Shown here: one piece after another, positions 27,116-35,477 of the stretch | How positions within the stretch are numbered: position 1 is the stretch's first letter | How the letters are laid out: every line of letters begins with the position of its first letter | Virus record (IMG/VR): IMGVR_UViG_3300034760_000060 | Location: 6,541-70,540 of that record | Length of the DNA stretch: 64,000 bases | Reading direction: 5' to 3' (one strand) | Source: a virus | Made by a program: the position numbers and the translations under genes | The notes under the pieces: model-generated | Databases searched by the model: none | The model's input: only the letters and a program-made list of their open reading frames with translations | What the model was told of the DNA's origin: nothing

Positions 27116-27866
27116 CTACGACGCCTTCGCGAAGCTGCTGGACGACGCCTACGACATGATCAGCTGCGGCACTAAGGTGCTCAGCGCCGATGCCAGGGCG
27201 ATGTTCTTCCGCGCCGTCGCCAAGTATCCGTTGGAAGTGTTCCGCGCCGCGCTGCACGCTCACATCATGGGCAAGGACGGGAAGTTCGTTCCGCAGCCGG
27301 CGCACATCAATGAGCAAATTGCGCTGATGGCGGAAGGCGACGGCCGCCCGGGTGCCGAGGAGGCTTGGGCGATTGCGTTGACGGGGCGGGATGAAGAATC
27401 GACAGTGGTATGGACGGCGGAGACTGCAGCTGCGCTGTTCATCTGCCGCCCGGTGCTCGACTCGAGCGGTGCGATCAGCGCGCGGAAGTCGTTCCTTGAG
27501 GCGTACACCCGGCTGGTTGCCGAGGCGCGCGCTGCACACCGACCGGCGGAATGGGTCGCGTCGATCGGCTGGGACAAGCGGCAGCACACGACGGTAATCA
27601 AGGGCGCTGTCAACGCCGGGCGCCTGCCTGCGCCTGCAGCCGCGGCGCTTCTCGAAGGACCGGCCGGCGACCCAACGCCCGATGCCGAAGCCCGCGCGCA
27701 GCTGGCCAAGGTGAAGCAGATGATCAAGGACGGCGCCGAAGAGCGCGAACGCAAGCGCCTGGCGGAGGTGGAGCGCGTGCGCTTGGCGGACGAGGAGTTC
27801 AAGCGCGTAACGAATGACCAGGTGCAGCAGCGCCTGGCGGAACAACAACTGGAAGGGCAAACATGA
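27102..27866 (+). CDS. Putative helicase loader/inhibitor-like replication protein
   Basis: KFVPQPAHI...DGRPGAEEAWA motifs; directly after the initiator-like gene. Confidence 0.6.
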   Translation: MRQGDYDAFAKLLDDAYDMISCGTKVLSADARAMFFRAVAKYPLEVFRAALHAHIMGKDGKFVPQPAHINEQIALMAEGDGRPGAEEAWAIALTGRDEESTVVWTAETAAALFICRPVLDSSGAISARKSFLEAYTRLVAEARAAHRPAEWVASIGWDKRQHTTVIKGAVNAGRLPAPAAAALLEGPAGDPTPDAEARAQLAKVKQMIKDGAEERERKRLAEVERVRLADEEFKRVTNDQVQQRLAEQQLEGQT

Positions 27867-28252
27867 TGGGCGAACACGAAATGCTGACATTTGGCGCAAT
27901 CGAAAGTATTGGCGATGTCAACAGCAAGGAGAAGGGCAGCGGCGCGCGCTTCAACGGAGGGAAGCCGGATTTTTCGCTGATACCGATGTCCACGCTCGAA
28001 GATGAGGCGCGCGTCTGGATGTATGGGAAGGCGAAGTACGCCGCCTGGAACTGGACCAAGGGCATGCCCTGGTCCGTTCCATTCGCCTGCGCAATGCGGC
28101 ACATGGCAGCGTGGCAGCGCGGGGAAGAATGCGACCCAGAGTCCGGGCTGCCGCACTTGGCCCACGCGATGTGCAATTTACGCATGCTCACGTTGTACGC
28201 GTCCAACTATCAACAGGGCGACGACCGTCCAACCAAGGAGTTGCAGCCATGA
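27863..28252 (+). CDS. dATP/dGTP diphosphohydrolase domain protein (DUF5664-like)
   Basis: RFNGGKPDFSLIP...YGKAKY...NWTKG...RH...DPESGLPHLAHAMCN. Confidence 0.85.
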   Translation: MMGEHEMLTFGAIESIGDVNSKEKGSGARFNGGKPDFSLIPMSTLEDEARVWMYGKAKYAAWNWTKGMPWSVPFACAMRHMAAWQRGEECDPESGLPHLAHAMCNLRMLTLYASNYQQGDDRPTKELQP

Positions 28253-28503
28253 ATCAGACGCGACTCGGATCATTGATCGAAGCGGTCATCAATACTTGCA
28301 TCGGCTTCGGGATCAACTTCACAGCCAATATGTTCATTTTCCCGCTTTTCGGATTTCACATTACGCCGGGCGCAAACTTCGTCCTGGGCATGCTCTACAC
28401 AATCATCAGCGTTGTGCGATCGTACTGCATCCGACGATGGTTTAACGCCAAATTGCACAGCATGGCACAAGCCGTTGCCGCGCGCATGGAGGCTGGAAAA
28501 TGA
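28249..28503 (+). CDS. Small two-TM membrane protein
   Basis: QTRLGSLIEAVINTCIGF...RSYCIRRWF. Confidence 0.75.
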   Translation: MNQTRLGSLIEAVINTCIGFGINFTANMFIFPLFGFHITPGANFVLGMLYTIISVVRSYCIRRWFNAKLHSMAQAVAARMEAGK

Positions 28504-28928
28504 TCACCTTCACTATCCCCGGCCAGCCGGTTGCCAAGGGCCGCCCGAAGTTCGCGCGCCGTGGCGCCCATGTCGTCGCCTACACGCCGGAGAAGACCGC
28601 CAGCTATGAGAACTTGGTCAAGATGGCGGCGACTGAGGCGATGGGAGGCCTGGCCCCGAGCGGCGCTCCGATATACATGAGCATCGAGCTGCGCATGCAA
28701 ATTCCCGCAAGCTGGTCGGCCAAACGCCGCGCGCTGGCGGTGTTGGGGGAGGTTTTGCCAACGAAGAAGCCAGACGCCGACAACGTGCTGAAGGGAATCA
28801 AGGACGGGTGCAACGGAATTGTGTGGCGGGACGATGCTCAGGTCGTGCGGATTGGCTTGGCCAAGGTCTACGCAGATTCGCCATGCGCCATCGTGATCAT
28901 CACTGAAAGCGAAAAGGTCTCGGCATGA
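28500..28928 (+). CDS. rusA: RusA-family Holliday junction resolvase
   Basis: PVAKGRP...KPDADNVLKGIKDGCNGIVWRDDAQV. Confidence 0.92.
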   Translation: MITFTIPGQPVAKGRPKFARRGAHVVAYTPEKTASYENLVKMAATEAMGGLAPSGAPIYMSIELRMQIPASWSAKRRALAVLGEVLPTKKPDADNVLKGIKDGCNGIVWRDDAQVVRIGLAKVYADSPCAIVIITESEKVSA

Positions 28929-29353
28929 GCCGCCCTAAGCCCAAGCGCACGAAGGCCTACCATCCCAAGCCATGCGTGAAGCCGCTCGGGATGCGCCAAG
29001 CCTTGATGATGGAAATGCCGGGCTATGTTGCCTCCTTGGCGCTCGGCCTGCCGCACTTCTGCGAGCGGCACGTCTACGACCTGTTGAGCAACGCCGACTT
29101 GACGCGCCGGATCGCCCCGGACGGACATCCCATCCTGCCGATCGCAAAGGCCATGGTTCTGGCCATAGCCGAGATCCAGCACCGCGCGCAGGAGACGGAA
29201 AAAACCGAATGCACTGCGGGCGAATTGGCCGTGCTGCGTGAAGGCGTCGGTCGGACTATGGACTACCTACGGACGGTGCCGAACGTCGAGATATCGCGCG
29301 CTTCGGCAGCCGCCCTGGCGGAGTTCGACCGACTGGGGTGCTTGCGAGTATGA
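28925..29353 (+). CDS. Hypothetical protein
   Basis: 142 aa, coupled overlap. Confidence 0.7.
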   Translation: MSRPKPKRTKAYHPKPCVKPLGMRQALMMEMPGYVASLALGLPHFCERHVYDLLSNADLTRRIAPDGHPILPIAKAMVLAIAEIQHRAQETEKTECTAGELAVLREGVGRTMDYLRTVPNVEISRASAAALAEFDRLGCLRV

Positions 29354-29468
29354 ATGGGCGAGTTCGTCAAGCGATTTGGGCATTGCAGCGAAGAAAAATA
29401 GTTCCCATTGGACTCTTGTAAACTTGCAGCAATATGGTAAGGTGGGAAGGTCTTCTTGTGGGGAAACT

Positions 29469-30026
29469 ATGGGATTCGCTGAAAAACACCTTCAATCGCT
29501 CGGCTCATCCAATCTCATGGATGACTGCTTCCATCATCAAACCGATGCGCTGCAAGCGGCTGCGCGTGCCGACAAGTCTGCGCGCAACATCGGGTCGCTG
29601 CTTTCGCGCGTCAAGTACGCAGACGGGACGCTCGGCAAGCAGTTCGAGGGCAATGCCCAGAACTTGGCCGCCCTGTTGCGCGAATGGCTCGCCATCGTGA
29701 CGGAGAAGGGCACCGCGCGCCGCTGGGTCAAGCCCGAGGACATTGCAATCGCCCCGATCACGTTTCGCCGCGTGGCCAACGCCTCCCTGGCTCACTTCTT
29801 GGACGGCAAATGCGTGCAGTGCCACGGCACCGGCGTCGCCGAGAGCAAGCGCGCGTGCATTCCTTGCAAGGGCTCAGGGCAGATCGAATTGACCGGCCTG
29901 AGCGGCTACGAGGCAAAGCTGGTGCTCGACATGGTGTCTGAGCTGGGCGCCATCGAATCGACGCACGCAGCCATCGCAAGCGCACTGTTGCGTAAGCGCG
30001 ACCTGACGGCGGAAGAAATCGCATGA
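29469..30026 (+). CDS. Q-like late antitermination protein
   Basis: Last early gene before the late leader; CVQCHGTG...CIPCKGSG zinc finger. Confidence 0.65.
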   Translation: MGFAEKHLQSLGSSNLMDDCFHHQTDALQAAARADKSARNIGSLLSRVKYADGTLGKQFEGNAQNLAALLREWLAIVTEKGTARRWVKPEDIAIAPITFRRVANASLAHFLDGKCVQCHGTGVAESKRACIPCKGSGQIELTGLSGYEAKLVLDMVSELGAIESTHAAIASALLRKRDLTAEEIA

Positions 30027-30027
30027 A

Positions 30028-30043
30028 CTGTGTATACGAACAG
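30028..30043. promoter_or_regulatory. LexA (SOS) box at the pR'-like promoter
   Basis: aCTGT-GTATACGA-ACAGt; TAGAAT -10-like element at 30053-30058. Confidence 0.65.
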
Positions 30044-30067
30044 TATTTCGTGTAGAATTGAAGTTCT

Positions 30068-30249
30068 CGACGTAACGTAAATTTCTCTCAGGCTTGTGCC
30101 AGACGCGAAAGCGACAACGACCCCTGAGACACATATAGTGCAAGCCTACCAACGGTTTCGCTCGCACTGAAATTTACGAGTTGCCGTCGCACGTAGTACC
30201 CCGCAGATAGCGGGGACGAACCCGGAAGCCACCCTTGAGGTGGCTTTTT
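30068..30249 (+). ncRNA. Structured late-leader RNA (lambda 6S/tR'-like) ending in an intrinsic terminator
   Basis: CGTAAATTT(30076)/AAATTTACG(30170) and TCTCAGG(30086)/CCTGAGA(30123) stems, GAAA tetraloop, terminator GCCACC-CTTGA-GGTGGC-TTTTT. Confidence 0.55.
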
Positions 30250-30267
30250 GCATTTAGCAAGGATTTT

Positions 30268-30492
30268 ATGCGCTTCTACGAACAGGTTTTCGATGGGCGC
30301 ACGATTATCTGCGCCGATCTTGTTGCACGCGCCGATGTGCAAGGCGATCGCGTCATTCGGGATATCGATGCGGATTGCTGGATCGATGCTAAGCGCAAGC
30401 TCGGGTACATGCTGAGCGCCGTGCAAGAGTGGTTGCTGGATGAGTTCTACGCCAAGCGCGCCCGGTCCGGACGCGTTGATCTGAACGCATAA
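30268..30492 (+). CDS. Hypothetical protein
   Basis: AAGGA RBS, MRFYEQVFDG... Confidence 0.6.
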   Translation: MRFYEQVFDGRTIICADLVARADVQGDRVIRDIDADCWIDAKRKLGYMLSAVQEWLLDEFYAKRARSGRVDLNA

Positions 30493-30804
30493 TGAAATGC
30501 TGGCGAAGCGACCGCGTGCACATACCGCGTCGATTAGCTGGCGAAGGAGGTGCGCCATGACGTAGCTCCACGTTCCACCGCAATGAAGCCCTCGCAAGAG
30601 GCCAGTCGGGTTGATCTCCGGTTGCTGTAGTACGGGCAAAATAGGCCGCCAGATGCGACCCGTCATCGATCAGGCCGACCAACGTCGAAGTTTATACGCA
30701 GGAAACAGTCGAGCGTCCGCCTGACAGCGGCGCTGCCCCGGAATGCGCCCCATATGGGTTGTTGCGTTCCACGACGCCGGACGCTGTAACCGGCACCAGT
30801 TTTA

Positions 30805-30892
30805 GGTAGCATGGCTGAGAGGCCGAAAGCAACGGCTTGCTAAGCCGCACGGTCGAAAGGCCGCCCAGGTTCGAATCCTGGTGCTACCGCCA
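30805..30892 (+). tRNA. tRNA-Ser (GCT)
   Basis: Acceptor GGTAGCA/TGCTACC, anticodon loop TT-GCT-AA, long variable arm, GGTTCGAATCC, G discriminator and CCA. Confidence 0.9.
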
Positions 30893-30898
30893 GTTCAA

Positions 30899-30987
30899 GG
30901 AAGATTGGCCGAGTGGTCGAAGGCACTGGTCTTGAAAACCAGCAGGTGTAACAGCCTCGGGAGTTCGAATCTACCCATCTTCCGCCA
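30899..30987 (+). tRNA. tRNA-Ser (TGA)
   Basis: Acceptor GGAAGAT/ATCTTCC, CTGGT-CTTGAAA-ACCAG, variable arm, TTCGAAT, GCCA; one extra A in the T stem. Confidence 0.85.
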
Positions 30988-30989
30988 CT

Positions 30990-31523
30990 TTCGTACCCGC
31001 CGCGCCGATAGCGACGCGCGCCGGGTTGAGCAACCACCCAGGTGCTGCTGACCGAGCTCGCGGACGCGCGCGCGACGAAGCAGCCGACTCCCTCACGAAA
31101 CGAGGGGCAACACGCATGATGATTGCAAAGCCGCGCTTAAATGCGCACCAGCACCGGACTAATAACCCGAGCAATCGTCATCCGTGTTGATGAATGCGCC
31201 TAGCTGGCGCGACGCAAAGCTAGTCTGTCGTGATGCGACTCGACGAGGATGTGCTGACCGAGAATGCGCATAGGTCAGTGCTGGTTCCCGGCTCGTTGGA
31301 TGGGCCTGCCCCAAGGCGAAAGCCAATATCACAGCCGGGTCGCGCCGGCCATCAACAAATGCGCAGTGATGATGCGCGACGAAGGCAGCGGGGTGACCCG
31401 CGAGAAATCGACACCGGATAAAGAACACCAGCCATCGGGCTGGAAGGCAGCGGGCACCGGACCCGCTTCGGGCCGCGCCATGGCCTGATAGTTTAGGTCA
31501 AGCCGGGATCATCGCCGGCACCA
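30990..31523 (+). ncRNA. Candidate large structured RNA after the tRNAs
   Basis: Nested stems ACCAGCAC/GTGCTGGT and CCCGGCT/AGCCGGG, GAAA loops, repeated GAAGGCAGCGGG...ACCCGC, ends GCCGG-N8-CCGGC-ACCA. Confidence 0.45.
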
Positions 31524-31714
31524 ATCTCCCTCAGGGCGCTTCCCAGCGCTCTTCGCCGCTGCGCATACGCGACTGCGGCTCTTCTTATTCGAAGCCTCGA
31601 CCCTAGCCGGCCGGGGCTTTTTCGTTTCAACGCGCAGATAGGGTTGCAACCCGAAGGGCAGTTCGTCACTGCTTCTGCGCACCCATTTCAACGACGGCCA
31701 CTGACGAAGGAATT

Positions 31715-31954
31715 ATGGGCTACCTAAATCCGCTACTGAATTTACCTGCTGGGCGCGCGCTGCTACAGCTTCCCGCCGAAGACCGTAAGAGAGTTGAGGC
31801 AGTAATGCGCGACCTGCGTGACCAGGCCAACACCGAAGCAGAGAACGCATGGCGCCGCAGGAAAGGTCCGATGGCGGCGTATTGGCGTGCTGTATCAACT
31901 TACGCGCGGCACATGGCGCACGCACTATCGACCACCATCAAGGAAACTCCATGA
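31715..31954 (+). CDS. Conserved hypothetical phage protein
   Basis: AWRRRKGPMAAYWRAVSTYARH; AAGGA RBS. Confidence 0.75.
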   Translation: MGYLNPLLNLPAGRALLQLPAEDRKRVEAVMRDLRDQANTEAENAWRRRKGPMAAYWRAVSTYARHMAHALSTTIKETP

Positions 31955-32148
31955 TTCCCCGCCACTGGTACAGCCTGATTGTCCGCGCCGTAGAGGCCAA
32001 GGACGAGACGACGATCAACTCCCTGGCCCAGCACCTGTCCGAGTGCGCGAAGGCCAACGAGATCCTGCACGCTAAGGGATACGGCACATTGGGGCAGGGC
32101 ATTGCAGCAGTCGCCGCCCAGGTGCCGCACATGATGGGGCGCGAATGA
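31951..32148 (+). CDS. Hypothetical protein
   Basis: MIPRHWYSLIV..., coupled overlaps. Confidence 0.6.
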   Translation: MIPRHWYSLIVRAVEAKDETTINSLAQHLSECAKANEILHAKGYGTLGQGIAAVAAQVPHMMGRE

Positions 32149-32468
32149 ACGGCATCCAGAACCTCGACGCTTTGCCATGGGTCGATATGACGTACGCAAC
32201 CGCGCTCGATCTGCAAGCCCCGGCCAGCGGCACAGGGCCGGCGGTGAGCGAGACCAAGCGCGCGGTCAGCGAGATCGCCAAGATGCGCCGCGACCTTGAG
32301 CGGCGCCTGCAAGCGATGATCAACACCGAGCTCGGTGCATTCATTGATGCGACGGGCATGGCGGTCGACGCGCTGACCGTGAACATGCTGCGCAGTGAGA
32401 CGGTCGACGCCACGCGCCAGGTCGGCCGCATCCAGTCGGTCGTGCTCGATATCTCGGTGCGCCGGTAA
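32145..32468 (+). CDS. Hypothetical protein
   Basis: 107 aa, coupled overlap. Confidence 0.7.
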   Translation: MNGIQNLDALPWVDMTYATALDLQAPASGTGPAVSETKRAVSEIAKMRRDLERRLQAMINTELGAFIDATGMAVDALTVNMLRSETVDATRQVGRIQSVVLDISVRR

Positions 32469-32511
32469 GTCAAACCTCACCCGCGCCTAGTGCGCAACGC
32501 AAAGGAATGTC

Positions 32512-32865
32512 ATGAAGATTCAAACTGCGGACGCGCTGTACCCGGCGCTGCAAAAGCTGCTCGGCCTGCCCGATCATGTGATCGCATTCGACCTTCACGT
32601 ACGCGCTGGCGGCATTGTAACTGTTGACTGCAAGTACCATCCTGTCGCTGACGATGGTCGCATTGCTGCACTGGGTGCCGTGTTCGCGGGATACGAATTA
32701 GTGCCGCGAGCGATTGATAATTTTGGCAATGTCGAGATCATGACGCGAGCCAAGCGCACCGAAGCAAACCAAGACTTCGACGCCTGGATGCGCACTCGCA
32801 CCGATTCGGCCCACGCCGCTTACATGGCGCAGCACAGCGCCGGTGGTCAGGCTTACCAGCCATGA
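32512..32865 (+). CDS. Hypothetical protein
   Basis: AAGGA RBS, 117 aa. Confidence 0.7.
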   Translation: MKIQTADALYPALQKLLGLPDHVIAFDLHVRAGGIVTVDCKYHPVADDGRIAALGAVFAGYELVPRAIDNFGNVEIMTRAKRTEANQDFDAWMRTRTDSAHAAYMAQHSAGGQAYQP

Positions 32866-33053
32866 TCGAGACGTTGCAATCGCTCTATGCGGGGGCTGCT
32901 GTTCTGCACTTCCGGCGAATTTACCTTAGCGCCATGGTGGAGTATTTGATTCGCGATGATCGCCTCGGGGGCCCGTCGCAACTTGCGCGCCAGTATTTCG
33001 CAGGCCACGTGCCTGAGACGCCGCAAGCCCGGCGCGCCAAGACCCAAAAGTAA
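32862..33053 (+). CDS. Hypothetical protein
   Basis: 63 aa, coupled overlap. Confidence 0.45.
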   Translation: MIETLQSLYAGAAVLHFRRIYLSAMVEYLIRDDRLGGPSQLARQYFAGHVPETPQARRAKTQK

Positions 33054-33205
33054 TTCGCTCCGCCTGTGGTTCAGGCGGCCTGCCAGCGCACTCCAGCGGC
33101 AGGAGACAGGAAGCGGGCGCAGTCCCCGACGAACCAAAGCCACAAGGCTCCTGCCGCAGCTCACCGCGGTCCCGGTGTGGCGCGGGCGGGGATAGAAGGA
33201 AGGGC

Positions 33206-33451
33206 ATGATGAACAAAATGCAGCACCCATCAAACAACGGCGTCCTCGGCGCACCAGCCGGTTGGAACCAGGCAGAGCTTCCGTGTAGCGCCTTGCCGAT
33301 CACCCGCACTGAGTGCGAAGGACAGCCCGCCATCGTGTCGTACTGGCGCCCGACCGCCGAAGAGTTGGTCGCGCTGAATGCCGGCGAAGCTGTCGCGTTG
33401 TGGGTGATTGGGCACTCGATGCCGCCTGTAGCGCTGTGCGTTGGCAACTGA
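33206..33451 (+). CDS. Conserved hypothetical phage protein
   Basis: LGAPAGWN...CSALPI...SYWRPTAEELVALNAG. Confidence 0.75.
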   Translation: MMNKMQHPSNNGVLGAPAGWNQAELPCSALPITRTECEGQPAIVSYWRPTAEELVALNAGEAVALWVIGHSMPPVALCVGN

Positions 33452-33478
33452 CAGAAATACAAATTAACTAAGGCACCA

Positions 33479-34099
33479 ATGGCGCAGACCGACAAGGCTA
33501 CGCCGGACTGGGAGCGCATTGAGTCTGATTACCGGGCCGGGCTGCTGTCCGTCCGGGAAATCGCCGCACCCCAAGGCATCACCGAGGGGGCGGTCCGCAA
33601 GAGAGCAAAGCGCGACGCATGGACGCGCGACCTCGCGGCCAAGATCAAATCGAAGTCCGATGATCTGGTACGCAAGGAAGCAGTACGCAATGCGGTACGC
33701 ATCGAGCGCGCCGATACCGATGCCTTTGTCGTAGAGGCGAACGCTGAGGCAATCGCCGCTGTGCGTATCTCGCACCGAGGAGACATTGCACGCTTCCGTC
33801 GACTGGCGCGAAGCCTGCTGCGCGAGATCGAGATTGAGACCGAAAGCCTGGACCTGTTCGAGGAGCTGGGCGAGTTACTGCGCAGCGAGGACGACAAGGG
33901 GCAGGACAAGCGCAACGACATCTACCGCAAGGTGATCACCGGCGCATCCCGCGTCGACAGCATGAAGAAGCTCGCTGAGACGCTGAAAACGCTGATCGGG
34001 CTTGAGCGCGAGGCCTACAACATAGGTGAGGTCATGAAGCCATCGGATACGGACAGCGCGTCGCTGCTGCGGGAAATTGCATCCTGCCTGCCAGACTGA
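33479..34099 (+). CDS. terS: Terminase small subunit
   Basis: PDWERIESDYRAGLLSVREIA...TEGAVRKRAKRDAW HTH; directly before terL. Confidence 0.85.
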   Translation: MAQTDKATPDWERIESDYRAGLLSVREIAAPQGITEGAVRKRAKRDAWTRDLAAKIKSKSDDLVRKEAVRNAVRIERADTDAFVVEANAEAIAAVRISHRGDIARFRRLARSLLREIEIETESLDLFEELGELLRSEDDKGQDKRNDIYRKVITGASRVDSMKKLAETLKTLIGLEREAYNIGEVMKPSDTDSASLLREIASCLPD

Positions 34100-35463
34100 T
34101 GGCGCTCAGTCTGCAAACTCAGCGAGAGTTGGCCCGCTGGTATAAGTTGGTCGATCATCCGGTGCAGCTCGCATTGGTCGCCGCTGTCGCTAATGGGGTG
34201 CGCTTCCCGGTGGTGCCTGCCGGGCGTCGATCAGGCAAGACTGAGCGCGCCAAGCGCTTTGTCGCCAAGATGGCCATGAAGAACGCCTCCGAGCGGTACT
34301 TCATTGCGGCACCGACGCACACCCAGGTCAAGAAGATGTATTGGGCGGACATGAAGCAGCTTTGCCTGTGCAGCTTGCAGAGCAAGGCGCCGTCCGAGAC
34401 CGATCTGATCATCTTCATGGACAACGGCACCGAGATCCACTTGATCGGACTGGACCGGCCGCAACGCATCGAGGGCGTGTTCTGGTCGGGTGGCGTGATC
34501 GACGAGATCGCCGACATCAAGGCTGAAGCATGGGAGGCGAACATCAGGCCGGCCCTGGACACGTTCAACCCGACCCGGCCAGATTATCGCGCATGGTGCT
34601 GGCTGATCGGCGTGCCGGATGGTCTGAACCACTATTACGACATGGCCAAATACGCCGAGTCGGCAAACGACCCGGATTGGCAGGTTTTCCACTGGAAGAG
34701 TTCGGAAATCCTGCCGGCGTCGACCATTGCCGCGGCGAAGCGCCAAATGTCGGCCAAGCAGTACAAACAGGAATACGAGGCTAGCTTCGAGGGCGCCACC
34801 GGGCGAATTTACGAGGACTACGACCTCAACAATCACACGAACGCGACGATTGAGCCGCACGAGCAGCTGATGTGGATGCACGATCAGAACTTTACGCCAC
34901 TGTCGTCGGCGATTGCAGTGCGGCGCGTGCGCGAGCAGACGCAGCAAGAGCGCGCGATCGGCGCCGCCGTGTTGCATGACCTCTACCTGCTGGACGAGAT
35001 CGTGCTGACCAGCGCGGTATCGAAGCAGTCGGCAATGGAGTTTGTCGAGAAGTACAAGGAACACAAAAACAAGCATGTCCTGATCTACGGCGATCCCGCT
35101 GGTCGAGCCGGCGAGAAGCACGCGCACGCATCGGACTATACCGACATCGAGGGCGTGCTCAAGGCGAGCGGATGGGCCTTTACTCGCAAGGTGAAGCACG
35201 CGGCTCCCGCCATCAAGGACCGCCAGAACGCGGTGCGCGCCAAGGTTTGCACCGCCGACGGCACGCGAACCCTGTTCGTGAACCCTTCCACCGCCAAATG
35301 GTGCGACAAGGGCTTAGCCACCGTCCAACTGCAAAAGGGCTCGACTTTTCAAGAAGACCAAACCAATAAGTATCAGCACATCACCACTGCGATCGGCTAT
35401 TGCATCGATGTCGAATGGCCGTCGGCGAAGACTGCCGCCACAGTAGCGCCGCTGCGCATGTAA
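34099..35463 (+). CDS. terL: Terminase large subunit
   Basis: Walker A AGRRSGKT, Walker B GVIDE, YKQEYEASF, nuclease DQNF and YGDPAG. Confidence 0.95.
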   Translation: MALSLQTQRELARWYKLVDHPVQLALVAAVANGVRFPVVPAGRRSGKTERAKRFVAKMAMKNASERYFIAAPTHTQVKKMYWADMKQLCLCSLQSKAPSETDLIIFMDNGTEIHLIGLDRPQRIEGVFWSGGVIDEIADIKAEAWEANIRPALDTFNPTRPDYRAWCWLIGVPDGLNHYYDMAKYAESANDPDWQVFHWKSSEILPASTIAAAKRQMSAKQYKQEYEASFEGATGRIYEDYDLNNHTNATIEPHEQLMWMHDQNFTPLSSAIAVRRVREQTQQERAIGAAVLHDLYLLDEIVLTSAVSKQSAMEFVEKYKEHKNKHVLIYGDPAGRAGEKHAHASDYTDIEGVLKASGWAFTRKVKHAAPAIKDRQNAVRAKVCTADGTRTLFVNPSTAKWCDKGLATVQLQKGSTFQEDQTNKYQHITTAIGYCIDVEWPSAKTAATVAPLRM

Positions 35464-35477
35464 TAACGAGGATTTCC

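Noticed and set aside
27863-28252. Z-genome or 7-deazaguanine modification pathway
   Set aside because: Only the diphosphohydrolase domain is present; no PurZ, Que/Dpd enzymes or dedicated polymerase were recognised
30721-30798. A third tRNA upstream of tRNA-Ser(GCT)
   Set aside because: Ends in ACCA but lacks a canonical D arm, TTCGA loop and 7-bp acceptor stem; treated as a tRNA-like module instead
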